Virus record (IMG/VR): IMGVR_UViG_3300045579_000055
Location: 1-60,815 of that record
Source: a virus
Taxonomy: Duplodnaviria; Caudoviricetes
Length of the DNA stretch: 60,815 nucleotides
Direction: 5' to 3' (one strand)
A model generated the notes under the pieces. It worked only from the letters and a program-made list of their open reading frames with translations. It was not told the origin of the DNA and did no database searches. Each line of letters begins with the position of its first letter. Positions within the stretch are counted from its first letter, which is position 1. This document shows, one piece after another, positions 28,401 to 36,186 of this stretch. Both the position numbers and the translations under genes were made by a program.

Positions 28401-31161
28401 CATATCTTCTGTTTCTTGATGCTGTCCTATCCTCTGGTGCTGGATCAAGCAAGGCTCTGGTTCTAGCCTGTAACTTTGCAGCATCTTCAGCAGAGAGTCT
28501 ACCACTAGCCTCCATCTCACGAATCCTTGCTTCAATAAGTGGAAAAGCCTTTTTACCAGCAGCATCTACAGATGCAGCACCCACTGCTGTTGATTGAAAA
28601 ATTCCTGCGATTTCGTCTAACTCAGAAGTTATACTAGACCAGAATTCTGAGTATCTATCATATTCAACTCTTACTCCTTCTGCTCTCATCTGTCCTACCT
28701 TTAGAGCAGAAACTATTGATGCCTTTGCTTCTTCACTTTTGGCTAACCATTTAAGGTCCATTCCTGGACCACTTGCATTATTTCCTGGTGCCATCATTGC
28801 ATCTACAGAGTATGTCGCATCATTAAATGTTCCTCCCTGAACTGCACCACTAGTTGGCAAATCAATTAATGGCATACCACTCATAGAACTACGCTGTGCT
28901 ATCTGGCTTTTTAACCAATTTGCATCTGGATTACCGCTTCTCCTGCTACTCTTATATCCTGGAATCTTGTCATCAATCATTGCATTGATTAATGCTCCAT
29001 ACTTATCACTCATAGGGGCAGAGATAACTGTTTCTCCTGGTGTAAGCAATGCTAACTCTGAATCTTGATTTCCAGTACCGCCAACAGTTACGACTTCAGC
29101 CTTTTTACCATCTGCGTATTTTGGTAGCCCTGCAACGGCTCCTGCTGGTCCTGGAACTGAGTTAAATAATCCTGGGGATGTCGCTGCAAGGTTTCTGGCC
29201 TGAGTTCCTGCATTTTGATAGGCCAACGCCAATGCATCAACTGCAGATTTCTCAACATTAAAAGTGCTTATGAGTTGTTGATGAGAAGTGTGAAGAGCAT
29301 TTGTTTCTGCAAGCAATTCAATTTGTTTATTAGTTAAATAGTCAAACCCTCCACCGAGAACATTGTTTTGTCCGTTAAGTTTAGCAATTCCTCCACGTAG
29401 CATTGCAAAGAACTTAATTATGTTTGCAAGTCCGTTAGCAAGGATACCGAATGTCATAAGAGCAACTGGGGCAATAGCACCAAGTACGCCGATCATAATA
29501 GTTATTGCTTTTTTGGTTCCGTCGCTTAATCCGTTAAACTTTGCTAGTAGTTTTCCAACAAATCCAACTATTGGGGTTATTGCTTCTAAGAATGCTTTTC
29601 CTACTGGGATTAATTCATTCTTTAAATTTTCCATGGCTTTTTTGAATTTAGCCCCTGTTGAATCTTCAACTCTTTTTAATTCTCGTTCAGATAAGATTGC
29701 AAGTTCTTCTACTGATGCTCCAGCAAGGTCGAGTGCTCTAGATGCTTGTGTACCATCTTTTACAATGTTTTGAAATAATGTAGAAATACGAGCAAACTGG
29801 AACTTGCCAAATAGTTGTTCAATTGCCCTTGAACGATTAAGTGGGTCTAATGTATCTAGTGCTCTAGCAAGTCCTACTACAGTACCTTTTAAATTTCCAG
29901 CGTTGTTATCAACAATGCCTTTTATGTTAATTCCCATCTCTGCAAGAAATTCGCTAGTTTTCTTTGCTGGGTTAATGATGGATGCAAGTCCAGACTTAAG
30001 TGCGTTAGCACCTTCTGATGCGTTAATTCCACCTTCCTTCATTGCAGTCATAAAGAACGCTAAGTCTTCAACAGATCCACCAAGTTGCTTTACAACTGGT
30101 CCTGCCTTTGGAATTGCAATAGTCAAGTCTTCAATAGATAAGACAGTTTGGTTTTCTACTGCGTTGAGAAAGTTAATTTTTTGTGCAAGTTGCTCTGACG
30201 ATACTCCAAAAGCGTTTTGTAAAGAAATTGTTGTTTCAAGTGCTTGCTGCTGTTCTACTTGGCCAAGGACAGAAAGTCTTGTTGCCTGAACTACTTGAGA
30301 CTCAAGAGCATCTCCCATCATACCCATTGCTGCAGCGGTTGCAGCCATTTCCATAGTATCTTTTACTGCAATACCATATTTAGTAAACTCTCTACCTAAT
30401 CTTTGTATGTCAGCAACTGCCTTATTGGTTGCATCTCCAGAAGTAGTTATATCTCCGTATACCCTTGTAAACTTGAGAACAGCCTCTTCCATTTCCATAA
30501 ATGTTTTGGCTGCTGCTGATCCAAGGATGGAAAGAGGAATTGTCAAACCAACCATCAACTGACGACCAGCCCACTGAGTATTCTTACCAAAGTTTAGAAG
30601 GTTTGTAGAACCTTGCTTTAATAATTGGTTTAAGAACTGCTGCCTTTGTGCAGCCATCTGAACTCTTGTGGCATAGTCTGTATATCTGCCATTGGTCATT
30701 TGTAGATGTTTTGGAACTACCTGCAAAACCTTGACAAGATCTCCATTGGCATTACCCAATTGAATGTATTGCGACTGAAGAAGTTTTACTCTATCTTTAC
30801 GAGCACGGTTAATAATTTCACGCTCTTGAGCAAACATTCCTTTAAAAGTTTTTGTATTTGCCGTCGCTGCTGCTGCTGTATACCTAAAGTACTGTCGCAT
30901 TGACAGTTGGTTTTTTTCAAGGGCGGATGTAAAAGACGCTGTACTTGTTGCTATTTCTTTTTGACTTGCAACAAACTTTCCAGTTGCATTGATAGACTGC
31001 ATGAGTCTTTCGTTGAGGCCCTTCTGGGCATTCATTGCTGCAACATTTCCCTGAGTTAGGGATTGATTAAAAGTGCTTAAGCCAGCCTGAAGTTTACGAA
31101 GAGATGCGAGGGCTGCTCTGGTATCAAAATTAATACCAATATTGGAGTTTACATCAGCCAC
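22417..31161 (-). CDS. Tape measure protein (2914 aa)
   Basis: Very long Ala-rich helical ORF after the tail chaperones, with a TP901-like core (AIPKAGPVVKQLG...EGANALKS), hydrophobic segments and a coiled coil. Confidence 0.92.
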   Translation of the reverse strand: MADVNSNIGINFDTRAALASLRKLQAGLSTFNQSLTQGNVAAMNAQKGLNERLMQSINATGKFVASQKEIATSTASFTSALEKNQLSMRQYFRYTAAAATANTKTFKGMFAQEREIINRARKDRVKLLQSQYIQLGNANGDLVKVLQVVPKHLQMTNGRYTDYATRVQMAAQRQQFLNQLLKQGSTNLLNFGKNTQWAGRQLMVGLTIPLSILGSAAAKTFMEMEEAVLKFTRVYGDITTSGDATNKAVADIQRLGREFTKYGIAVKDTMEMAATAAAMGMMGDALESQVVQATRLSVLGQVEQQQALETTISLQNAFGVSSEQLAQKINFLNAVENQTVLSIEDLTIAIPKAGPVVKQLGGSVEDLAFFMTAMKEGGINASEGANALKSGLASIINPAKKTSEFLAEMGINIKGIVDNNAGNLKGTVVGLARALDTLDPLNRSRAIEQLFGKFQFARISTLFQNIVKDGTQASRALDLAGASVEELAILSERELKRVEDSTGAKFKKAMENLKNELIPVGKAFLEAITPIVGFVGKLLAKFNGLSDGTKKAITIMIGVLGAIAPVALMTFGILANGLANIIKFFAMLRGGIAKLNGQNNVLGGGFDYLTNKQIELLAETNALHTSHQQLISTFNVEKSAVDALALAYQNAGTQARNLAATSPGLFNSVPGPAGAVAGLPKYADGKKAEVVTVGGTGNQDSELALLTPGETVISAPMSDKYGALINAMIDDKIPGYKSSRRSGNPDANWLKSQIAQRSSMSGMPLIDLPTSGAVQGGTFNDATYSVDAMMAPGNNASGPGMDLKWLAKSEEAKASIVSALKVGQMRAEGVRVEYDRYSEFWSSITSELDEIAGIFQSTAVGAASVDAAGKKAFPLIEARIREMEASGRLSAEDAAKLQARTRALLDPAPEDRTASRNRRYDLAIDPETGGEVVKRKGWDGRESHSGPTYNSDPFQQAMPWELEQRGLPVPENYGKYQFAHVADRLEGEAITRPITTRKYRDSSGPTPGEAKLKEMMAAKQDIKEGMQLSTGEELAAWVDAQITNAEQKAETASPSKRTKRLGKDIADGLAQGLEEGQPAVRAQSSRLADAAIPSAAETQSKVSKMDLGNKAFYDDINTPEMRDERQVLKSLDRQRRKRGAKGSVELPAEKTATKTRVSLAKKTQVQSKEIAKETENLANSTVIVAEETDEFANVTQAAVDAQTTNTSNLITTNQLTNAANNNLGEMLPSMDQAGIAQQDIAQSSANIAKTNEEIEAEKRKELDRLKAYNAQEAARQAAENGIVPPGSQSVDNRMGSVEAYEEASTYTRDKNGQILFDPELDADGKKQPTTLSEKQIAQKKRGMRREKVGRVSGKISGAAGTAAMVAGMAGAPPQVVAGLGAVATVAQFAPMLAGLTGPQGIVVALAAVAAGAYLFNKHLNAMAGKAAQFAKDLSATRSGLQAIGEISGKVGASEIMDKRRQSSQYGKYNETTKIDDTFGKQFLGSDPGKKEKALFQQNVKDFGNDKAVSDLALKLSTAVADGVLDMNAANSIASNLALELGDQKIESQIIGQIVTLLGPDGKNLKDSPIETRIMLVAKANVRTDKLENEISQKSGLFESSRKQVAALAALNMNNIEMATMMADQVQFEYETQKKKLETELASTTNAQKKLDIEEKIKKLNTQNVADTEKMNSLIVNQIAKSQASFDKVYSNSVWGKQAMREDAFFDASRSQVESTYKGTDQEDAAKKFLNKTERLTTDTVTGKYNDKTGQYVKTGLGTKQAAQRFQAKMEMLVGSKVLSPGEATSYMDLFTGKLPQLDLLLNAGLKTQGAAKTKELFNMFAGFSSKGRKKAQNIITTIIMNKKDPKEFDAIMETLKGIQSLDGNTIDFEVLVNTIGLEGIETLKTQMDNIEKLKEEAAKKGEKNMDLEAAKAVNPAQAAAIDALKANTERYKEFQKLSLDGQAEYLQKLATQFAYESTVTDAMREADREQLASTLAFQKASADGVAYGSARYLEIVAEFKKELAKLSPEQMAVQKLETSSVGGLTSLGAPVDTTPDGGKGSNPLDFLDDLAMRIKNVRDGAFDATKPLQSMLAAFGSKKAQKDISRAFDLFDGLQQRLINLKAPKEFRDMIASMSSEDFKKLANLKGKKAIFEFEKGKPKTKANIKGFTGTGKKIMRTYNEAIVGEANVVNREAVEQVANQEKAFRILISEGATATEALEHVQDAATAAAIAAGALGKKGSKERKQYIEDLKKATDETERFALKQKMIQANEEFKLLEQMPKLGTAMQAAGFSADQMSEVLNDPALAKHLIEDLKDGKVDAQEIADYLNSIEAKKIIDIQVNYNSGKYSESAQPGMDLVDEMFSVQEEMLRTGADPRTSGMVQQMNANNKQIQDAEIAAKGFRRQIELINREIRDIEKDIEKNYTRPIEEMQEKISDKQRILEMDPEFGDRAMEEINKQNAKMSNDSAIMANQAEQINKEYDKQAEALAKVAEVNEEILNQQKSQLDIAGALTSGDISAAAKAAQDARAQSAQRFSGSVADALQQSRENEIRGLRGAETGLSQEEIDQKQFENSQKLYQMENDPRRVTILQDIRNLEDQIYDLEEAREAKLLEIQKKEDAIFEIQKNQLEPLEDKIADLTFANELIQAQIDKLVSELTVLDKTKLEWDAIKAKIAANSLAGKDFDAVLGALLASTAAIDAKWASILAKLKEYNSTPVSVKNAQSAVVANAAAAAASVAADKAATDAIVGATTDAAAASKAAADAYALAKAAGDMNAAAIAAAGVNPSALASGESGAIGAASIAAQLAAAESALRFNTGLNIIADRRQKFGYISKGGLIPKFFARGGFAKGTDTVPAMLTPGEFVMSKYAVNTHGVDTMKSLNSGKPVGGAVYNNTYTLTVNAKTDANPNEIAQAVMSTIKNVENRRIRGVSLNG

Positions 31162-31179
31162 TCATTAACACCCTCTTCT

Positions 31180-31503
31180 TTATTTAATTGAGTTTAAAAG
31201 ACCTGTTGCATCTGCCAGTTTCATTCCTGACGCTGCATCAATAATCTTATAGACTGTAGGAAGATCTAGATTTTCCTCAATCGCCTCTCTGTTGTCTGCT
31301 ACTGCAGGCAAATACTGCTTGAATGCGATCTGTACGCAATCTAGCAGAACATTCATTGATTTTTCATTATCTTCTGCCACTTCTTGCAACTCATTAAACT
31401 TCTTCATAAACGGTTTTAGCAATGAGATTTTTAGTGGTCTTACTTCAAACTTTGTTCCATCGATAAGTTGTAGTTGTTCGTTTTCTTCAACTTTTGTAGG
31501 CAT
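31180..31503 (-). CDS. Tail assembly chaperone, short (gpG-like) form
   Basis: Between major tail and tape measure genes; paralogous to the N-terminal half of 31559..32239. Confidence 0.75.
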   Translation of the reverse strand: MPTKVEENEQLQLIDGTKFEVRPLKISLLKPFMKKFNELQEVAEDNEKSMNVLLDCVQIAFKQYLPAVADNREAIEENLDLPTVYKIIDAASGMKLADATGLLNSIK

Positions 31504-31558
31504 TTCCCCTCCTTATAAGGTTTAGTTAATTATACCATAGGACAGGCTTATTTTTTGG

Positions 31559-32239
31559 CTATTCTAAAACCTCATAGGTAAGGCCCATGCCGATTCCAAA
31601 CCCAGCCCTTTCTGCATTTTTACCTTGCAGGGCAAGTATGTCATTTCCACTGGTTGCTTTGCCTTTACTAAATACCCTGGCTTTCATGTCTTCCCATTCG
31701 TTACCCTTGCCTGACTTTTTGTCCAAGTCAATACCCTTCATTGCAGCAAAAAACTTTTTATCATTGTATTCTAATTCTCTTTTTATTTCAAGTGTTGCAG
31801 TTAATTCTGGCATAGATAAAGACTCTTCTAATTCTTCATAGTCTTTCCATATTCCAAGGACAAATACCTCTGACTCTAGTTTTGCCAAGTCTAGTGTTTC
31901 CCAAGTAGATCCACTATCTACTGCTTGAGACTTTACTGTCTCTTCTGATTTTGCATTAATTTTAATTCCCGCTGCAATGTCCAAAACCTCATAAATTGTA
32001 GGAAGATCTAGGTTGTCTTCAAGGTCATCCACCGTTTTGATATGTGGAGCATACTGCTGCATCGCTATCAGTGCACAATCAACTAAAATAGATATTGATT
32101 CATTGTCTGTTTGTGCTTGCTTGATTAACTCAAACTTCTCTAAAAAATCTCTAAGGTATTTTATTTTAAGAGGACCAGCAACTATTTCTGTCCTGTCTAC
32201 CAAATAAAACTTTCTTTTTTTATATATGCTTGTTGCCAT
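31559..32239 (-). CDS. Tail assembly chaperone, long (gpGT-like) form
   Basis: N-half resembles 31180..31503; C-half has WKDYEELEESLSMPEL. Confidence 0.75.
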   Translation of the reverse strand: MATSIYKKRKFYLVDRTEIVAGPLKIKYLRDFLEKFELIKQAQTDNESISILVDCALIAMQQYAPHIKTVDDLEDNLDLPTIYEVLDIAAGIKINAKSEETVKSQAVDSGSTWETLDLAKLESEVFVLGIWKDYEELEESLSMPELTATLEIKRELEYNDKKFFAAMKGIDLDKKSGKGNEWEDMKARVFSKGKATSGNDILALQGKNAERAGFGIGMGLTYEVLE

Positions 32240-32245
32240 TATCTA

Positions 32246-32254
32246 AGTATACCA
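32246..32254 (-). promoter_or_regulatory. Extended -10 promoter, leaderless spacing
   Basis: TGGTATACT, 6 nt, then ATG (32239). Confidence 0.6.
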
Positions 32255-32264
32255 AATAGAAATG

Positions 32265-32295
32265 GAAAAGCCCAGACTTTCAAGGGTCTGGGCTA
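32265..32295 (-). terminator. Intrinsic terminator after the major tail gene
   Basis: Stem AGCCCAGAC/GTCTGGGCT followed by a short T run on the minus strand. Confidence 0.75.
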
Positions 32296-32311
32296 GTCCT
32301 ATTAAGTTGTA

Positions 32312-32977
32312 TTATACGAGTGAACGATCTACGATCTTACCGTATGATGCGTCATCGTTTGGAAGAAGACGGAATGATACTTCAAACATTGAAGCCTCAT
32401 CACGCTTTGCTGATACTGTTACGCTCTCAATTGAGAGTGCACGGTATGCAACATAGATTCTTTCCTTTGGATCTAGAGAAGAACCAGAACCTGGTCCTAC
32501 TGCTACTAGACCACGCTCTAGTGGAACGTCACCGATGTCTCCTGCAGACATTTTCATGTCTAGAAGACCTGCGGTTGAATCATCTAGGTCGTTTTCATCT
32601 CCTGCAATTGCTACTAGAAGATTTTCTAGTGTTGCCTCTGCGAAAGATGTATTTAAGTTAACTGTCATACCTTGCTTGAATAAACGAGCAACGTCGAGAA
32701 GTTGATCTACTGCTACCTCACCAAAATCTGGTTCGAACGCTAGTTCCAAACCATTTGATGTGTAACCGATATTTGTAAATGCAGTGTCTGTTGACAATGC
32801 TTCCTTATAGGATGTTGTGCTTGGTGTCATTGCTGGAAGATCTAATACTGCTTGAGCATCAGTAATCTTTCCTAGATCTACACCTGCATCTACGTATCCT
32901 AGTGGACCTGCATCATGCGTAAAAAGTGCTGCTGCACCCACGATGATGTTACTACTTGAACCACGGCTGTATGCCAT
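32312..32977 (-). CDS. Major tail protein
   Basis: NIIVGAAALF, IGYTSNGLEL, VDQLLD, AEATLENL; precedes the chaperones and is followed by a terminator. Confidence 0.85.
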   Translation of the reverse strand: MAYSRGSSSNIIVGAAALFTHDAGPLGYVDAGVDLGKITDAQAVLDLPAMTPSTTSYKEALSTDTAFTNIGYTSNGLELAFEPDFGEVAVDQLLDVARLFKQGMTVNLNTSFAEATLENLLVAIAGDENDLDDSTAGLLDMKMSAGDIGDVPLERGLVAVGPGSGSSLDPKERIYVAYRALSIESVTVSAKRDEASMFEVSFRLLPNDDASYGKIVDRSLV

Positions 32978-33045
32978 ATTTTCTCACCTCTTTCATTTTA
33001 TTAAAAAAGGGCTTGTTTCCTCATCCTAATTATACTGCCTTTTTA

Positions 33046-33633
33046 TTAGGGTGTAGGAGTAGGCGTAAAGTCTGTTAAGGATGATCCTGGAATTATTCTT
33101 CTATCTGGGTGCCAGTCATAGTCTATGATTATCTTATTCCCCGCATAAGTACGGGCTGTGCCAAAGTCTACAATATCTCTGGTTTCTTCGAGTTGATAGA
33201 TCTTGAAGTTATGGAAAAAGCATGGTTCAGAGTTATTGCTCCACTTATCAACATTTTCTCTTGCCCAACAGTTTATTTCTTGTGCTGATATATCTGCATA
33301 GTCCAAAAGATCACTAACCTGCTGCTGAACTTTTATCATATTTGCTTGTGCATCTTCACCTACAGAATAAAAGTAGTAGAGCAGTTGCTCGCACTTGATG
33401 TATGGAAATGGAACTCTTCTCATTTTAAACATTCTGTCATACACACCAAAAACACCATTGCTGTCTGGGAATGTATTCGTGAGATCGTCTATCTGTGTAG
33501 GCAAAGTAGGGAAAAAGTATGTTGTTCCAAATGACTCTGATCCTCCAATAGAATCGTCTGGGTTAAAATTTGGACTTATTTTTGATGCCAAGTAAGCATT
33601 AATAATTGTTGGTGGATGATGAATAATAGCCAT
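33046..33633 (-). CDS. Putative tail terminator/completion protein
   Basis: Position just upstream of the major tail gene. Confidence 0.45.
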   Translation of the reverse strand: MAIIHHPPTIINAYLASKISPNFNPDDSIGGSESFGTTYFFPTLPTQIDDLTNTFPDSNGVFGVYDRMFKMRRVPFPYIKCEQLLYYFYSVGEDAQANMIKVQQQVSDLLDYADISAQEINCWARENVDKWSNNSEPCFFHNFKIYQLEETRDIVDFGTARTYAGNKIIIDYDWHPDRRIIPGSSLTDFTPTPTP

Positions 33634-34307
33634 TATGCACCCACCCCTGCATTAGCAATCCAAACGTATCCAACTGAAACGCCTTTGCTTCTGCCTCTCT
33701 TTTGTCCTGCCCTTAAGTTCTTTTTATATACCTCTGGATTTTCAAGATATTGTGCAACTCCACTAGTTCTTAAAAATGATTGTGAAAAATATTTATCAAA
33801 AAACAGATCCATGGTTCTTTCAAAACCACCCTGCGCTTCTGTTCCTCCAGGATTTTCAACTCTGATTGGGCTTTTTGTAAACACGGTTTCTCCATTTTCT
33901 TCAAAACTTAAAACCTCTGAGGCTTTTGGTCTAATTGTTACAGCAATCCCATCTTCAATAATTCTTGCTTTGTCATAAAACGGAACCTTAGATCCGTCCT
34001 TAATTGATGTTGATTGACGAAAAGATGACTTAAAAGATAATCCAAGATTGCTGGTTGTAAAAGATAGGTCATACAGTCTTGCACCAGGGCTTCCTGTTTG
34101 ATTCCATTCATAAATATGATGAAGCATTTCTGGATTTACCCTGGCATTTGAGTCTACGAATTGCTTCATTATTTCAACTGTATTGACTCCCAAAGATCTT
34201 AAGAATGGAGTCTTTCCTTTTTGAACACCATCTAAAAACCCAAAGGAATAATTCATAATATTATTCATTTCTTTTTTAAACTTTTTGCTGTTGTATACTG
34301 CTTTCAT
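33633..34307 (-). CDS. Putative neck/tail completion protein
   Basis: Position in the head-tail connector block. Confidence 0.45.
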   Translation of the reverse strand: MKAVYNSKKFKKEMNNIMNYSFGFLDGVQKGKTPFLRSLGVNTVEIMKQFVDSNARVNPEMLHHIYEWNQTGSPGARLYDLSFTTSNLGLSFKSSFRQSTSIKDGSKVPFYDKARIIEDGIAVTIRPKASEVLSFEENGETVFTKSPIRVENPGGTEAQGGFERTMDLFFDKYFSQSFLRTSGVAQYLENPEVYKKNLRAGQKRGRSKGVSVGYVWIANAGVGA

Positions 34308-34753
34308 AAATCACCTGACTGATTCTCTGATCGTCTAATAACTAACTTGTAGGACTCTACAACTCCAAATGGGCCCACAAAAGGTTCGTAAGTTGCTATC
34401 TCAAATAGGGTTCCTTTTCCAGACCTAACCCCAGAAGTCTCTATATAAATAAGATTTCCTTCTTGGTCTCTAATGTCTGATATAAGAATGTTCGTTAAAG
34501 AGTTTTTGCCCTCTCTAGAAGAAATTCTTATGTCTGATTTTGTTCTGCCAACCAACAAAGAGTTTTGAGTAATATTTACGTTTGGCTTTACTTCTTCTTT
34601 AAATGCTGAACCACCTGATGAAAAGGTACATGCAAAAGTTCTATCCAAAACCCATTGTTTTTTAATTGCGCCAAAGTCTCCTTGCTCAACAATTGGATGA
34701 TACAGAGATGCTTGCATTGGGAACATGAAGTCTGGGGTTTCGCATATTGTCAT
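34304..34753 (-). CDS. Putative head-tail stopper
   Basis: 149 aa, beta-rich, EQGDFGAIKKQW; follows the adaptor. Confidence 0.55.
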   Translation of the reverse strand: MTICETPDFMFPMQASLYHPIVEQGDFGAIKKQWVLDRTFACTFSSGGSAFKEEVKPNVNITQNSLLVGRTKSDIRISSREGKNSLTNILISDIRDQEGNLIYIETSGVRSGKGTLFEIATYEPFVGPFGVVESYKLVIRRSENQSGDL

Positions 34754-35634
34754 TACAACACCCCAAGTTTTGTAATAGACTTAGTATACTTCGAAAGTAT
34801 CTTGTCTACAAGTATATTTCCTGTTCCTTCGAATAAACCTTTGTCAAATTGAATTCTATATTGATCTGTGTTATAAGAAGATATAAATCTCTTATAATAA
34901 TCTAACTTTCCACAATCTATGTCGTGTACTAGCATTTCTGTTGCCTTAACAATGTCCGATGGAACCGCTGAATAGCCATACTCAACAGTTATTCTATAAT
35001 CCCAAGTTTTTCCAAAACCTCTATACACGAACTGTGGATCAAGAGAGTCTGATGATGCTGCTGGCAAAACTAGTGGAGCAGATTCAGCACGATTAATATT
35101 GTCTGTTGATTTTTCAACAATTGCTGTCTTGTCAGATGTTACTTCATACTCTCTGTCTGTTACCAACTTGTTATTTTCGTATACACTTAAAACCTTTTTT
35201 ACATCATCCCAGATAGGTAAATAATCTGATCCAGTTCCTGTAAAATTTAAAACCTTTTTCTTATAATAAAAACCTTCTCCAACTATTGAATCAATAATGG
35301 CTCTTGCTATTCCTTCACTATCTGCATAAGCAGAAATCTCAGATGCCGTATTCCCTTTTGTTGATGGATTAACATATGGCCTAGTTGTTTCATAAGAGTC
35401 GTCAAAAACAATATCGTCTAAAATTTTAATCTCTACCCGATACTCAGAGTCATACCTTCCTGGAAGGTTTATAGTAATTGTATCTCCCGTCGAAAGTTCT
35501 TCAAATTCTAGAGTGGAGACTGAAAGGTCCGCCATATCAGTAATAAAAACAGTTACATCCTCATCCACTACAGATGCAGGGATTGTATAAGTAACTGGTA
35601 TATCTGCGTATGGCGGAACTCTCAATATCTCCAT
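34753..35634 (-). CDS. Head-tail adaptor
   Basis: ITVEYGYSAVPSDIVKAT...VDKILSKY C-terminal pattern of adaptor proteins. Confidence 0.65.
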   Translation of the reverse strand: MEILRVPPYADIPVTYTIPASVVDEDVTVFITDMADLSVSTLEFEELSTGDTITINLPGRYDSEYRVEIKILDDIVFDDSYETTRPYVNPSTKGNTASEISAYADSEGIARAIIDSIVGEGFYYKKKVLNFTGTGSDYLPIWDDVKKVLSVYENNKLVTDREYEVTSDKTAIVEKSTDNINRAESAPLVLPAASSDSLDPQFVYRGFGKTWDYRITVEYGYSAVPSDIVKATEMLVHDIDCGKLDYYKRFISSYNTDQYRIQFDKGLFEGTGNILVDKILSKYTKSITKLGVL

Positions 35635-35640
35635 ACTAAG

Positions 35641-36096
35641 TTACCCCAAAACCTTTTGAACTTCTTCTGGTGTTGCTGGGCGGGCGTGTGAGCGAGTTAG
35701 CCATTTATCTGCTTGTTCTTTTGTTACAATGTTGACGCCTCTATAAATAGCCCCTCCTGCTTCTTCCCAACGAACATTTTTTGTTGAGTAGATAGCAACC
35801 TTGTCTCCAAGGTCTTTTGCTGACTTAACATTCTTTTTTGGACCATCTGCTGCCATAGATCCTATAGCGCCACCACTAAGAAATCCTAGTGCCTGAACAG
35901 GCTCTGCTGCAGGTTCTGCAACTGGCTCTGCTACAGGTTCTGCTACAGGTTCTGCTACAGGTTCTGCTACAGGTTCTGCTACAGGTTCTGCAACTGGCTC
36001 TGGCGCTTCAGCAACTACTTCTGCTGGTGCTTGGTTTATTGCTGAATCTTCTACATAGTCATGTATTGATCGCATTTCGTTGTCATTATTTTCCAT
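35641..36096 (-). CDS. Hypothetical protein with EPVA repeat linker
   Basis: AGGAGG RBS and TGATATAAT upstream; located after the major capsid gene. Confidence 0.65.
   Translation of the reverse strand: MENNDNEMRSIHDYVEDSAINQAPAEVVAEAPEPVAEPVAEPVAEPVAEPVAEPVAEPVAEPAAEPVQALGFLSGGAIGSMAADGPKKNVKSAKDLGDKVAIYSTKNVRWEEAGGAIYRGVNIVTKEQADKWLTRSHARPATPEEVQKVLG
35893..36000. repeat. 12-bp coding tandem repeat (about 9 units)
   Basis: GGTTCTGCTACA-type units encoding (EPVA)7-EPAA-EPVQ. Confidence 0.9.
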
Positions 36097-36131
36097 TGAA
36101 TCCTCCTTGTTTGTATTATATCATTAAAGTA

Positions 36132-36170
36132 TTAAGGGGGACAGGAGAGTGAACTCCCGCCCCCCATTAA
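36132..36170 (-). terminator. GC-rich hairpin/terminator after the major capsid gene
   Basis: Minus strand GGGGGGCGGGAG-TTCACT-CTCCTGTCCCCC with G-U pairs, just past the stop. Confidence 0.65.
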
Positions 36171-36186
36171 AGGTTACTGTTACAGA

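Noticed and set aside
22760-30903. Numerous plus-strand ORFs (up to 196 aa) opposite the tape measure gene
   Set aside because: Antisense mirrors of Ala/Lys-rich codon usage with no recognisable motifs.
31192-31198. In-phase slippery heptamer T TTA AAC near the end of the short tail chaperone
   Set aside because: The -1 frame reads AAA CTC AAT TAA and stops at once, so no extended product results.
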